A stretch of DNA of 34,277 nt from an uncultured Anaerolineaceae bacterium (GTDB lineage: Bacteria > Chloroflexota > Anaerolineae > JAAYZQ01), in assembly GCA_964452125.1 (NCBI GenBank), contig CAYVLO010000001.1:1-34277 (forward strand), in the 5' to 3' direction. The notes beneath the pieces were generated by a model, which saw nothing but the letters and a program-made list of their open reading frames with translations, made no database searches and had not been told where the DNA came from. Shown here piece after piece: positions 17,450 to 25,340 of the stretch. Numbering within the stretch: position 1 is the stretch's first letter; every line of letters begins with the position of its first letter. Both the position numbers and the translations under genes were made by a program.

Positions 17450-19372
17450 GTGCGCGTAATTGGAACCGCCGGGCATGTGGATCATGGCAAATCTTCGCTG
17501 GTCCGCGCCCTGACCGGCATCGATCCCGACCGGCTCAGAGAAGAAAAAGAGCGCGAGATGACCATCGACCTGGGATTTGCCTGGCTCTCTCTGCCGGGCG
17601 GAGAGCGGGTGGGTATCGTGGACGTCCCTGGGCACAAGGACTTTATCAAGAACATGCTCGCGGGGGTGGGGGGCATTGATGCGGCCCTTTTTGTCGTCGC
17701 CGCCGACGAAGGGGTCATGCCCCAGACACGGGAACACCTGGCCATTCTCGACCTGCTGGGCGTGCCCGGCGGCGTGGTGGCCTTGACCAAGATCGACATG
17801 GCCGAGGACGAGGACTGGGTGGATCTGGTGGAGGCTGACCTGTTGGAGGTCTTGGATGGCACCGTGCTGGAAGGGGCGACGGTGGTGCGCTGCTCCTCCC
17901 GCACAGGCGACGGGCTGGGGGCCGTGGTCGAGGAATTGGAGCGCTACCTGGCCCAAAATGCGCCGCGGCGCGACGTGGGGCGGCCTCGTTTGCCGGTGGA
18001 TCGGGTATTCACCATCCCCGGATTCGGCACGGTGGTCACCGGTACCTTGAGCGACGGTTCCTTTTCAGTGGGTCAAGAGGTCGAAATTCAGCCCTCGGGC
18101 ATCAAGACACGAATTCGGGGATTGCAAACCCACAAGGAAAAGATCGAGCAAGCCGTTCCGGGCAGCCGGGTGGCCATCAATCTGACCGGTCTGAGCAAAG
18201 AAGAGGTCCGGCGCGGCGATGTGGTGACGTCGCCCGGCTGGTTGCAGCCGACGACGATGGTCGATTGTCAGCTTCGATACCTGGCCGATGCCCCTCAGAG
18301 CCTGAAGCACAACGCCCAGGTCGATTTTTTCTGCGGCGCATCCGAGGCGCGGGCCCGAGTGCGGCTGTTGGGCGTCCAGGTTTTGGAGCCGGGCGAGCAA
18401 GGTTGGGTTCAATTACACCTGGAGGAGCCGGTCGCCTTGGTCAAAGGCGACCGATTCATCATCCGCCAGCCCTCGCCCAGTCTCACGGTGGGCGGCGGGA
18501 CGGTGATCAATCCCTTCCCTGGACGCCGCCATCGGCGCTTCCGACCCGACGTGATCGAGAAGTTGGAGACCCAGGCCCACGGCAGTCCCCAAGAGGTGCT
18601 GTTGCAAGATCTGGAACGCCGGCAACCGTGCGAGGTCCGCGAGCTTTTGGAGCGGAGCAGCATGGACCGCGCCCAGGCCCAGGAGGCGCTTCAGGCGCTG
18701 GTGGCCGACGATCAGATCTATGTGCTGGATGCCGGGTCCGGCAGCGGGCCCGAGGCGCGCATCGCCGATCCGATGTTCCTGATCACGCGTTCGGGTTGGG
18801 GTGCGCTCCGTGAACGGCTGGAAGCCCTGCTAAAGGCGTACCACGACCAGTATCCCCTGCGGATTGGAATGCCGCGCGAAGAGGTCAAGAGCCGCTTGCA
18901 GCGCTACATCCCCAAGCTGACCCCCCGGTTGTTCAACGAGATCATAGGCCGGGGAATCAGGCACGATTGGCTGGTCGAATCGGGTGGGGTGCTCCACCTC
19001 TCCTCTCACCAGGCGCGCTTTACCGACCGACAACAGCAATTGGTGGATCGCCTCCTGGCCGATCTCAGCCGCAGTCCCTACCTGACCCCCTCGGTGGCTC
19101 AGTGTGAGGAGCAGGTGGGCGCCGATGTGGTCAATGCGTTGGTGGAGCAGGGCCGTTTGATCAAGCTGGGCGATGATGTGCTGTTCTTGACCGAGACCTT
19201 GGAAGAGATGCGCGACCGGGTTGTGACCTATCTCCGGGAGCACGAGACGATCACTGTGGCCCAGATCCGCGATCTCTTTGGCACCAGCCGCAAGTATGCC
19301 CTGGCCCTGGCTGGGTACCTGGACGAAAAGCGCATTACGCGCCGCGTGGGCGATGATCGCCTGCTGCGCTAG
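17450..19372 (+). CDS. selB: Selenocysteine-specific translation elongation factor SelB
   Basis: The G domain reads IGTAGHVDHGKSSL, DVPGH and TKID. It resembles E. coli SelB as I recall it (REHLAILDLLG, DRVFT..G.GTVVTG). The long C-terminal extension (640 aa in total) is typical of the SECIS-binding winged-helix domains. Confidence 0.9.
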   Translation: MRVIGTAGHVDHGKSSLVRALTGIDPDRLREEKEREMTIDLGFAWLSLPGGERVGIVDVPGHKDFIKNMLAGVGGIDAALFVVAADEGVMPQTREHLAILDLLGVPGGVVALTKIDMAEDEDWVDLVEADLLEVLDGTVLEGATVVRCSSRTGDGLGAVVEELERYLAQNAPRRDVGRPRLPVDRVFTIPGFGTVVTGTLSDGSFSVGQEVEIQPSGIKTRIRGLQTHKEKIEQAVPGSRVAINLTGLSKEEVRRGDVVTSPGWLQPTTMVDCQLRYLADAPQSLKHNAQVDFFCGASEARARVRLLGVQVLEPGEQGWVQLHLEEPVALVKGDRFIIRQPSPSLTVGGGTVINPFPGRRHRRFRPDVIEKLETQAHGSPQEVLLQDLERRQPCEVRELLERSSMDRAQAQEALQALVADDQIYVLDAGSGSGPEARIADPMFLITRSGWGALRERLEALLKAYHDQYPLRIGMPREEVKSRLQRYIPKLTPRLFNEIIGRGIRHDWLVESGGVLHLSSHQARFTDRQQQLVDRLLADLSRSPYLTPSVAQCEEQVGADVVNALVEQGRLIKLGDDVLFLTETLEEMRDRVVTYLREHETITVAQIRDLFGTSRKYALALAGYLDEKRITRRVGDDRLLR

Positions 19373-19393
19373 CTGCCGGAGGGCAAAGACGAG

Positions 19394-19756
19394 ATGAAAC
19401 CCACCCTCGACGGCTCGAGGTTTGGCTCGATTGTCATCAATGGCGAGACCTTCAAACACGACGTACTCATCCGTCTGGATGGACGGGTGAGCAAGCGCCA
19501 GAAAGAGCTCTCGAAAGCAGTGTACGGCACGTCGCACATTCTGTCACTGGCCGAAGCTCAGCACGTCTATGAACAGGGGGCCGCCCGGCTCATTGTCGGC
19601 GCCGGCCAATTTGGCACCGTCAAACTCGCGGACGACGCGGCCGCCTTCTTTGAGGAAAATCAGTGTCTGGTGGACCTGTGGCCCATGAGCCAGGCAATGG
19701 AGGCCTGGAATCGGGCCGAGGGACCCATCATTGGCTTGTTTCATATCACTTGTTAA
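19394..19756 (+). CDS. Mth938-like (DUF498) domain protein
   Basis: It is 120 aa and ends in the family-typical GLFHITC. GGAGGG lies upstream, and the gene starts 21 nt after the selB stop. Confidence 0.65.
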   Translation: MKPTLDGSRFGSIVINGETFKHDVLIRLDGRVSKRQKELSKAVYGTSHILSLAEAQHVYEQGAARLIVGAGQFGTVKLADDAAAFFEENQCLVDLWPMSQAMEAWNRAEGPIIGLFHITC

Positions 19757-19783
19757 CGACCGATTGGAGAGGAGGTGCAAAGT

Positions 19784-20002
19784 ATGACCGTCACCCTGTA
19801 CAGCAAGCCGGGGTGTCCCCATTGCGCTGGAGCCAAAGATGATCTGGCGCAACGGGGCATCGCCTATACCGAATACAACGTCCAAGCCGACAAGGTCCGG
19901 CTGGAGGAGATGTTGAGCCTGAATGGGGGGCGGCGCCACGTGCCGACTCTCGTTCAGGACGGCAAGGTCACCATTGGCTTTAACGGCTATTGAGGGGTAT
20001 GA
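19784..20002 (+). CDS. Glutaredoxin-like protein (CPHC), probable selenoprotein with TGA 19991-19993 read as Sec (C-terminus GYUGV)
   Basis: The RBS GGAGAGGAGG precedes ATG 19784. It has the thioredoxin fold: LYSKPGCPHC, a cis-Pro at HVPTL and GKVTIGF. In frame the 3' end reads TGA GGG GTA TGA, followed by a SECIS-like hairpin, and selB lies upstream. The part up to 19990 is secure. The 3-codon extension is the uncertain part. Confidence 0.6.
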
Positions 20003-20003
20003 A

Positions 20004-20022
20004 GGTCCGCCGGCGGCGGGCC
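20004..20022 (+). promoter_or_regulatory. Candidate bacterial SECIS hairpin
   Basis: GGUCCGCC / GGCGGGCC forms an 8-bp stem (one G.U pair) with apical loop GGC. The stem starts 10 nt after the candidate Sec TGA. No T-run follows it, so it does not look like a terminator. Confidence 0.45.
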
Positions 20023-20058
20023 AAGCCCAAGAGCCCCTTTCTCAAAAGGGGCAGAGAC

Positions 20059-20089
20059 GAGCCATCGGTTAGTGCCGGTGGCTCTTTTT
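20059..20089 (+). terminator. Intrinsic terminator of the selB / Mth938 / glutaredoxin-like unit
   Basis: GAGCCATCGG (20059-20068) / CCGGTGGCTC (20075-20084) forms a 10-bp stem, followed by TTTTT. Confidence 0.6.
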
Positions 20090-20152
20090 ATGGGAAAACC
20101 GAGTGCTCCCTGCCCCCGCCTGGCGGGCAGACTTGACGCCGGTAACCGCAGG

Positions 20153-21340
20153 CTAGGACTCGGACTTGCCAAAGATCCCCTTGATGGCTCGATCCAGCAG
20201 ATCAAAGATGAGGTTTTCCTTAAAGCCGCTGGCCCAGGCCAGAGGATAGACGATCCAGGGTGTGACGGTGGTCAGCGTGCCGCTGTCGGCCTGCAACCCC
20301 GAGGGCAACAGGCTCAGGGTCAGCAGGAGTTGAAAGCTCATGTACACAGTGGCCCCCAGCACCAGGCCGAGGAACGGCTTGGCGACGTAGGTCAGGTTGT
20401 ATTGGGGATCGAAATCGCGCTGCGATACGTGGCGGAGCAGGCTATAGAGCACGGCGACCACCCCGCCGATGCCGCCCCACACCATGGCCCGCAAAAAGAT
20501 GTCCAGGCTGCCCACCACGGGCTCCAATCCAACCGGCGCGATCAGGTCGTGGAACCAGCGATGGTTCAGAAGGATGAGCAGCGCCAGGTAGACGAACCCC
20601 CATAGAAATCCCCAAAGGGTGATCAGCCAGGCATATTTGTGGGCGCCGCGCCTGCTTTCGGCCACCCGTTTCAGGCGGGCTTGGACCTGTTCGAGATAGT
20701 ATTCGGCCTGGGGAATCCGGGCGGCATCGCGGCGGAGGACAATGTCGCGGGCCTTGAGGAGCTGGTTGTAGCAGTCGGTGGCAATGTCCTCGTTTTCGCC
20801 CACCTGGTCGGTCACCCCTTGGTACAGGTCCGAGATCTCGCCGTCCAGTTGCTGGAGGCGCTCGGCCCCCAACCATTCCAGGAGCTGCTGCCGTTCCTGT
20901 TGGGTGAGCGAGGATTCGGGCAACTCGAGTTTTGCGATCCTCTCGCGCTCCTGAATGTCGTAGGTGCCCGGGGATGCCAGGCTGCTTGCCCGGACACGGC
21001 TGCTCGCGTGGGACAGGGATTTCCCCGACACCAGATCGTCCATCTGGGGGGGCGGCGCTTTGAACAGAAAAGCTTCTTCGCTCGGGGGCTCCTCGTCCCA
21101 ACTGGCTTCCAGCGGTGGAAGGGGGCCCCGAGTCGTTGGCGGGGTCGTGATGGTTGGCCGGGTCGGGCGAAAAGCCGTCTCAATGGCTGGCGTGATGGGC
21201 AGGTCCGCCTTGACGCGGACCGGCTCGGCTTCGGACGCCTTGGGTGAGGGTGAAGGGGTTTGCTGAGGGCTTGGAGTGATCCGCCTCAGCGGTGTGATCT
21301 TGGGACTGTGTCCTTGTGGAACCGACATCGCATTGGCCAT
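20153..21340 (-). CDS. Hypothetical membrane protein: Pro/Ser/Thr-rich N-terminus, helical middle, about 4 TM C-terminal domain
   Basis: ATG 21340 is preceded by GGGGAGG. The TM helices include AWLITLWGFLWGFVYLALLILL and AMVWGGIGGVVAVLYSLL. I recognise no family. Confidence 0.6.
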   Translation of the reverse strand: MANAMSVPQGHSPKITPLRRITPSPQQTPSPSPKASEAEPVRVKADLPITPAIETAFRPTRPTITTPPTTRGPLPPLEASWDEEPPSEEAFLFKAPPPQMDDLVSGKSLSHASSRVRASSLASPGTYDIQERERIAKLELPESSLTQQERQQLLEWLGAERLQQLDGEISDLYQGVTDQVGENEDIATDCYNQLLKARDIVLRRDAARIPQAEYYLEQVQARLKRVAESRRGAHKYAWLITLWGFLWGFVYLALLILLNHRWFHDLIAPVGLEPVVGSLDIFLRAMVWGGIGGVVAVLYSLLRHVSQRDFDPQYNLTYVAKPFLGLVLGATVYMSFQLLLTLSLLPSGLQADSGTLTTVTPWIVYPLAWASGFKENLIFDLLDRAIKGIFGKSES

Positions 21341-21429
21341 TGGTTTTACCTCCCCTGCTGCTGTGCGGATCCGCACCGGTGAATGCCCAGAGAGCGCAGC
21401 AACATAGTGCGAATGATGTATCCCAATAG

Positions 21430-21458
21430 ATTGTACTCTAAAAAAAGAAAAAAAGCAA
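21430..21458 (-). promoter_or_regulatory. Sigma-70-like promoter for the membrane-protein gene
   Basis: The minus strand reads TTGCTT, then 17 nt, then TACAAT. It sits in the only AT-rich patch of the window. Confidence 0.45.
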
Positions 21459-21530
21459 GTTAATTGGACAGATGGTGCCTGAAAATACCCAACTCAGTAT
21501 ACCCCTCTTTCTTCTACCCGGTTCGAAAAC

Positions 21531-21559
21531 TTGCAGGTTTGGTGAAAAATAGGTATAAT
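21531..21559 (+). promoter_or_regulatory. Sigma-70-like promoter for rpmH-rnpA-yidD
   Basis: It reads TTGCAG, then 17 nt, then TATAAT. The -10 lies about 35 nt upstream of the rpmH ATG. Confidence 0.55.
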
Positions 21560-21593
21560 AGCTCGCTGTGAATCTGATAGGAGAGGTATTGGC

Positions 21594-21731
21594 ATGCCGA
21601 AACGAACCTGGCAGCCCAAAGTACGGCGGCGCAAGCGCGTGCACGGCTTTCGGGCGCGAATGAAAACCAAGGGCGGACGTCTCGTTCTGAAGGCGCGGCG
21701 CCTGCGAGGCCGCCGTCGCTTGACAGTATAA
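21594..21731 (+). CDS. rpmH: 50S ribosomal protein L34 (below the ORF-track length cutoff)
   Basis: My own translation is [45 protein letters not shown], followed by a stop. GGAGAGG lies upstream. Confidence 0.9.
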   Translation: MPKRTWQPKVRRRKRVHGFRARMKTKGGRLVLKARRLRGRRRLTV

Positions 21732-21778
21732 GATGTGTGACGCCTGGCCCGTGGCCTGCTGCATGGGCCAGCCACGTG

Positions 21779-22132
21779 ATGCAAAAAAAGTATCGTTTGC
21801 GCTCGAGCGCTGACTATGACCGTGTACGAACAGAGGGTCAAAGCTGGCCCCATCGCCTGATGGTGATCTCGACACGAGCCAATGGCCTGGATCGCAGCCG
21901 GTTTGGCTTTGTGGTCGGGCGGCGGATGGGCAATGCGGTGCAGCGCAACCGGATCAAGCGGCGAATGCGCGAGTCGGTACGGGTGAGAATCCAACAGGGT
22001 GAGATTGCTTCGGGAAGGGATGTCGTGTTGATCGCACGGCGCCCTATTCAGCAGGCGTCTTTTCATCAGGTCGACCAAGCGATCGGCCTGATGTTGCGTC
22101 GGGCAGGCTTGCAAAAGGCTGCCCAACAGTAG
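21779..22132 (+). CDS. rnpA: Ribonuclease P protein component
   Basis: It begins [16 protein letters not shown] and carries the RNR motif [13 protein letters not shown]. It lies directly after rpmH. ATG 21779 is preferred over the ORF-track GTG 21737. Confidence 0.85.
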   Translation: MQKKYRLRSSADYDRVRTEGQSWPHRLMVISTRANGLDRSRFGFVVGRRMGNAVQRNRIKRRMRESVRVRIQQGEIASGRDVVLIARRPIQQASFHQVDQAIGLMLRRAGLQKAAQQ

Positions 22133-22145
22133 TGGGCGGAGTGTC

Positions 22146-22355
22146 GTGAAATACCTGCTGTTGGGAGTGATTCGCCTCTATCAGGCGACGCTATCTCGAG
22201 TTTTACCTCCTGCTTGCCGGTTCACTCCTTCCTGTTCTCACTATGCATATGAAGCGGTTGATAAATATGGGACGATCAAAGGAGGGTGGCTGGCGGTCAA
22301 GCGAGTGGCTCGCTGCCACCCTCGTAACCCAGGTGGGTACGATCCCGTTCCCTGA
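22146..22355 (+). CDS. yidD: Membrane protein insertion efficiency factor YidD
   Basis: Motifs are [14 protein letters not shown] and [14 protein letters not shown]. The start is GTG. Confidence 0.85.
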   Translation: MKYLLLGVIRLYQATLSRVLPPACRFTPSCSHYAYEAVDKYGTIKGGWLAVKRVARCHPRNPGGYDPVP

Positions 22356-22388
22356 TGCAAGCGGGTTACCCTTCAAGGAGGCCATGTT

Positions 22389-23525
22389 TTGAGCCAAGGG
22401 AAGCGTGTGCTAGGAGCAATCATAGGATTGCTTTTGCTAAGTTTGATGTTGTCCTCGTGCGGAGCGACGCCGGTGGCAGAGAATTGGCCAGGGTTGACCC
22501 AGGCCGACGGCACGATCTTTGCCATTAGTGGCGCGCCTCAACAGGTCTATATGCTCGATGCGGAAACGGGGACGCAAAAGGGGACCTTTATTCCCCAGGG
22601 CGACCATCGGGGCATTGCCTATTGGAGCCCGGTGGCGGTGGGGAATGGGTTGGCCTATGTCGGATTTTCCGACTCGGTGTCGGGCATTGCCGGCCTGTAC
22701 GCTTTTGACCCAGAGACCGGGCAGGAACAGTGGAATATTCCAGCCAAGAGCTTGATCATCCCCGCGCCGGTCTATGCGGACGGCACCGTTTACTTTGGCT
22801 CGTCCGATGGCCTGGCTTATGCCGTGGATGTCGAGTCCCACACTATCAAGCCTGGCTGGCCCTTTCAGACCGGTGAAGCGATTTGGGGCTCGCCCCTGGC
22901 AGTGGGCAACCGGGTGTATGTGGCCTCTCAGGATCATTTTCTGTATTGCCTGAATGCCGAAAATGCCCAGGTGATTTGGAAGGTGGAGGTGGGGGGGGCC
23001 ATGGCCTCTCAGCCCACACTCGATGAAAAACGGGGCGTCGTCTATGTCGGCGCCTTCGATGGCAAGGTATACGCCATCAAGGCCGACAGTGGAGAGATCA
23101 TCGACGGCTTTGAGTTTCGGGCCGAGAACTGGATCTGGTCCAAAGTGCTATTGAATGAGGACGTGCTCTATGTCACGTCGCTGGATGGCAAGTTGTACGC
23201 CCTGGAGCCCGAGACGGGCGCTGTGGTTCCCCCTTATCCCTTTGATACCAGCACGGTAGGGGACAGGGATGACCGGATCCGCGCGGCGCCTGTCAAGGCC
23301 GGCGAGTCGGTCATCCTGGCGACGGAGAATGGCCGGGTCATTTCGGTCAAGGGCGGGCAGCTCCAATGGTCCTGGCCGGGCGGAACCCCGACAGCAGGCA
23401 TCCTGACGAGGCCTGTGCTGTCGGGCCAGACCGTCTATGTCATCCTTCAGAACGGGCAGGTGCAAGCCCTGAACGCCGAAAACGGTGGGCAGGGATGGGC
23501 CTTTACGCCGCCGCAGGCCCAATAG
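22389..23525 (+). CDS. PQQ-like (BamB-like) beta-propeller repeat lipoprotein
   Basis: The signal peptide carries the lipobox LMLSSCG. Repeated blocks of the form G.VY.GS.DG.LYA. occur throughout (VYFGSSDGLAYAVD, VYVGAFDGKVYAIK, LYVTSLDGKLYALE). AAGGAGG lies 7 nt upstream of TTG 22389. Confidence 0.75.
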   Translation: MSQGKRVLGAIIGLLLLSLMLSSCGATPVAENWPGLTQADGTIFAISGAPQQVYMLDAETGTQKGTFIPQGDHRGIAYWSPVAVGNGLAYVGFSDSVSGIAGLYAFDPETGQEQWNIPAKSLIIPAPVYADGTVYFGSSDGLAYAVDVESHTIKPGWPFQTGEAIWGSPLAVGNRVYVASQDHFLYCLNAENAQVIWKVEVGGAMASQPTLDEKRGVVYVGAFDGKVYAIKADSGEIIDGFEFRAENWIWSKVLLNEDVLYVTSLDGKLYALEPETGAVVPPYPFDTSTVGDRDDRIRAAPVKAGESVILATENGRVISVKGGQLQWSWPGGTPTAGILTRPVLSGQTVYVILQNGQVQALNAENGGQGWAFTPPQAQ

Positions 23526-23601
23526 TAGGAGGGCGGGAGCAGCCAGCGGGTTGGCTCATCGGCTCGGAAAATCTAGCGGCGCTCGACGTGTGTAGGAGGT
23601 T

Positions 23602-24510
23602 TTGTTGCCAGGTATTACTGACGTTTGGACTGTGTTGATCCTGCGGCCCATGCTCAATGTGCTGCTGTGGTTATATAGCGTGTTGGGTGGGCAATTCTGG
23701 CTGGCGATCATCATCTTTACGGTGGTCATCCGGTTGTTGATGCAGCCGTTGATGTTGCCTCAGCAGCGCTCGGCGAAAAAGATGCAAGAGGTTCAACCGC
23801 GGCTGCAGGAAATCCAAAAGAAATATGCCAAAGATCGGGAAAAGCTGGCCCAGGAGCAGATGAAGCTCTACAAAGAGGCCGGGGTCAATCCCATGGGTGG
23901 GTGTCTGCCCATGCTGATTCAATTCCCCATCTGGATTGGGTTGTACCAGTCGATCATTCAGGCCCTCGGCCATCAGCCGCTGCAACTGCTCAACCTGTCC
24001 AAGAACATCTACCCCTTCCTGCAGTCACTGTGGGCTGCGGTTCCGCTCAACCGGTTCTTCCTGGGAATGGACCTGAGCCTGACGCCCCAACAACTGGGAG
24101 GATTGACGTTTGCGCTGCCGGTTTTGGTGGCGTTTACGTCGTGGTTGCAGACCCGCATGACCACGCCGCCTACCGGTGGAAGCGATCAGAGCGCATCGAT
24201 GAACCAGAGCATGACCCTGATGATGCCTTTGATGTTTGGCTTCTTTAGCCTAAACTTTTCGACCGGTCTTTCGCTCTATTTTGTGGTGTCCAATGTCATT
24301 GGCATTGTCACCCAGGGGTTCATCTCGGGGTGGTCGGGTCTCATGTTCTGGAAGAATCTGAGCCTGGGAAGTATTCTTGGCGGTGGGGCCAAGCCCGCTG
24401 CTGCACCCCAGCAGACGAGCAAGCGCACAGAAGCCAAAGCCGTAGAGGGTCAGAAGGGAATGCAGAGTGAAAGCAAGAACCGAAGAAAGAAGCGTCGTCG
24501 CAAGCGGTAA
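23602..24510 (+). CDS. yidC: YidC/Oxa1 membrane protein insertase (short form with a basic C-terminal tail)
   Basis: Motifs are AKKMQEVQPRLQEIQKKY and NPMGGCLPMLIQFPIWIGLY. The tail is KNRRKKRRRKR. AGGAGG lies upstream, and the start could be TTG 23602 or TTG 23605. Confidence 0.85.
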   Translation: MLPGITDVWTVLILRPMLNVLLWLYSVLGGQFWLAIIIFTVVIRLLMQPLMLPQQRSAKKMQEVQPRLQEIQKKYAKDREKLAQEQMKLYKEAGVNPMGGCLPMLIQFPIWIGLYQSIIQALGHQPLQLLNLSKNIYPFLQSLWAAVPLNRFFLGMDLSLTPQQLGGLTFALPVLVAFTSWLQTRMTTPPTGGSDQSASMNQSMTLMMPLMFGFFSLNFSTGLSLYFVVSNVIGIVTQGFISGWSGLMFWKNLSLGSILGGGAKPAAAPQQTSKRTEAKAVEGQKGMQSESKNRRKKRRRKR

Positions 24511-25237
24511 AACGGTCCAGGACGCCATTGAGAACGGCCTCAAGATGCTCGAAGTGGGCCGCGATCAGGTGGAACTCGAAATCATCAGCGAGGGAAGTCG
24601 TGGGGTATTGGGCTTTGGGGCCGAGAATGCCCGGGTGCGGTTGGTTCTCAATCTGCCTGCCCAGCCAGAACCAGAACCAGAGCCTTTGCCAGAGCCCTGG
24701 GTCCAACCTGTCTTGAGCGACAGTCGGAAACCAGAACCCGAGGAGGCCCCATCAACCCAAGAATCTGCCGACGCAGCAGCGGCGGGGCAAGAGATCCTTT
24801 CGGATTTGCTCAAGCTGATGGGCATTCGCGCCTCTGTGGAGATCGAGGTAGGAGAGGGTTTGGCAGAGGAAGGCCAGCCGGCGCCTATGGTCCTGAATAT
24901 CACCGGCGACGATCTGGGCATCCTGATCGGCCGGCGGGGTGAGACGCTGAGGACCTTGCAGTATCTGGTTCGGCTCATGGTCAGCCATCGCCTCAAGCAC
25001 TGGACCGATCTTGTGGTGGATGTGGAGCATTATTGTCTGCGCCGTCGTCAGGCTCTGGAAAGCCTGTCAGAGCGGATCGCCGACCGGGTTGCCAAAGAGC
25101 GGCGGCCCCAAGCCCTGGAACCGATGCCTTCCTACGAACGGAGGATCGTGCACATTACGTTGCGCAACCACCCCAAGGTGACCACCCAGAGCGTGGGTGA
25201 TGGAGAGCGGCGCAAAGTCACGATCGTCCCGCGGTAG
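24467..25237 (+). CDS. jag: Jag/KhpB RNA-binding protein (Jag_N, KH, R3H)
   Basis: The three domains read SGKTVQDAIENGL (Jag_N), GDDLGILIGRRGETLRTLQYL (KH) and LEPMPSYERRIVHITL (R3H). GTG 24467 is the only start upstream of the Jag_N block, which gives a 44-nt overlap with yidC. Confidence 0.8.
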   Translation: MKARTEERSVVASGKTVQDAIENGLKMLEVGRDQVELEIISEGSRGVLGFGAENARVRLVLNLPAQPEPEPEPLPEPWVQPVLSDSRKPEPEEAPSTQESADAAAAGQEILSDLLKLMGIRASVEIEVGEGLAEEGQPAPMVLNITGDDLGILIGRRGETLRTLQYLVRLMVSHRLKHWTDLVVDVEHYCLRRRQALESLSERIADRVAKERRPQALEPMPSYERRIVHITLRNHPKVTTQSVGDGERRKVTIVPR

Positions 25238-25272
25238 CAGGCACGTTCTATAGTCCATCGATCCCTTTGCAG

Positions 25273-25297
25273 CCCCGCTCCCAGAGCGGGGTTGTTG
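25273..25297 (+). terminator. Possible weak terminator after jag
   Basis: The hairpin is CCCCGCT / AGCGGGG with loop CCCAG, followed by TTGTTGCC. The T-tract is poor. Confidence 0.3.
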
Positions 25298-25340
25298 CCA
25301 ACTGGGCGGGGAATCGGCGTTGGCGACAGGATGGGAGCGG

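Noticed and set aside
19745-19756. The C-terminal ...HITC of the Mth938-like protein could be a second Sec/recoding site.
   Set aside because: The codon after Cys is TAA, not TGA, and HxTC is the normal C-terminus of this family.
20110-20130. The hairpin CTGCCC...GGGCAG could be a terminator for the minus-strand membrane-protein gene.
   Set aside because: The stem is interrupted, and the minus-strand 3' flank (GGAGCACTCGGTTTTCCC) lacks a proper T-run directly after the stem. The evidence is too weak to annotate.
21377-21593. The AT-rich spacer next to rpmH could be a replication origin (oriC).
   Set aside because: I found no TTATCCACA-like DnaA boxes or repeated AT-rich 13-mers, and no dnaA gene adjacent. 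The region is only about 250 nt and is well explained by two divergent promoters.
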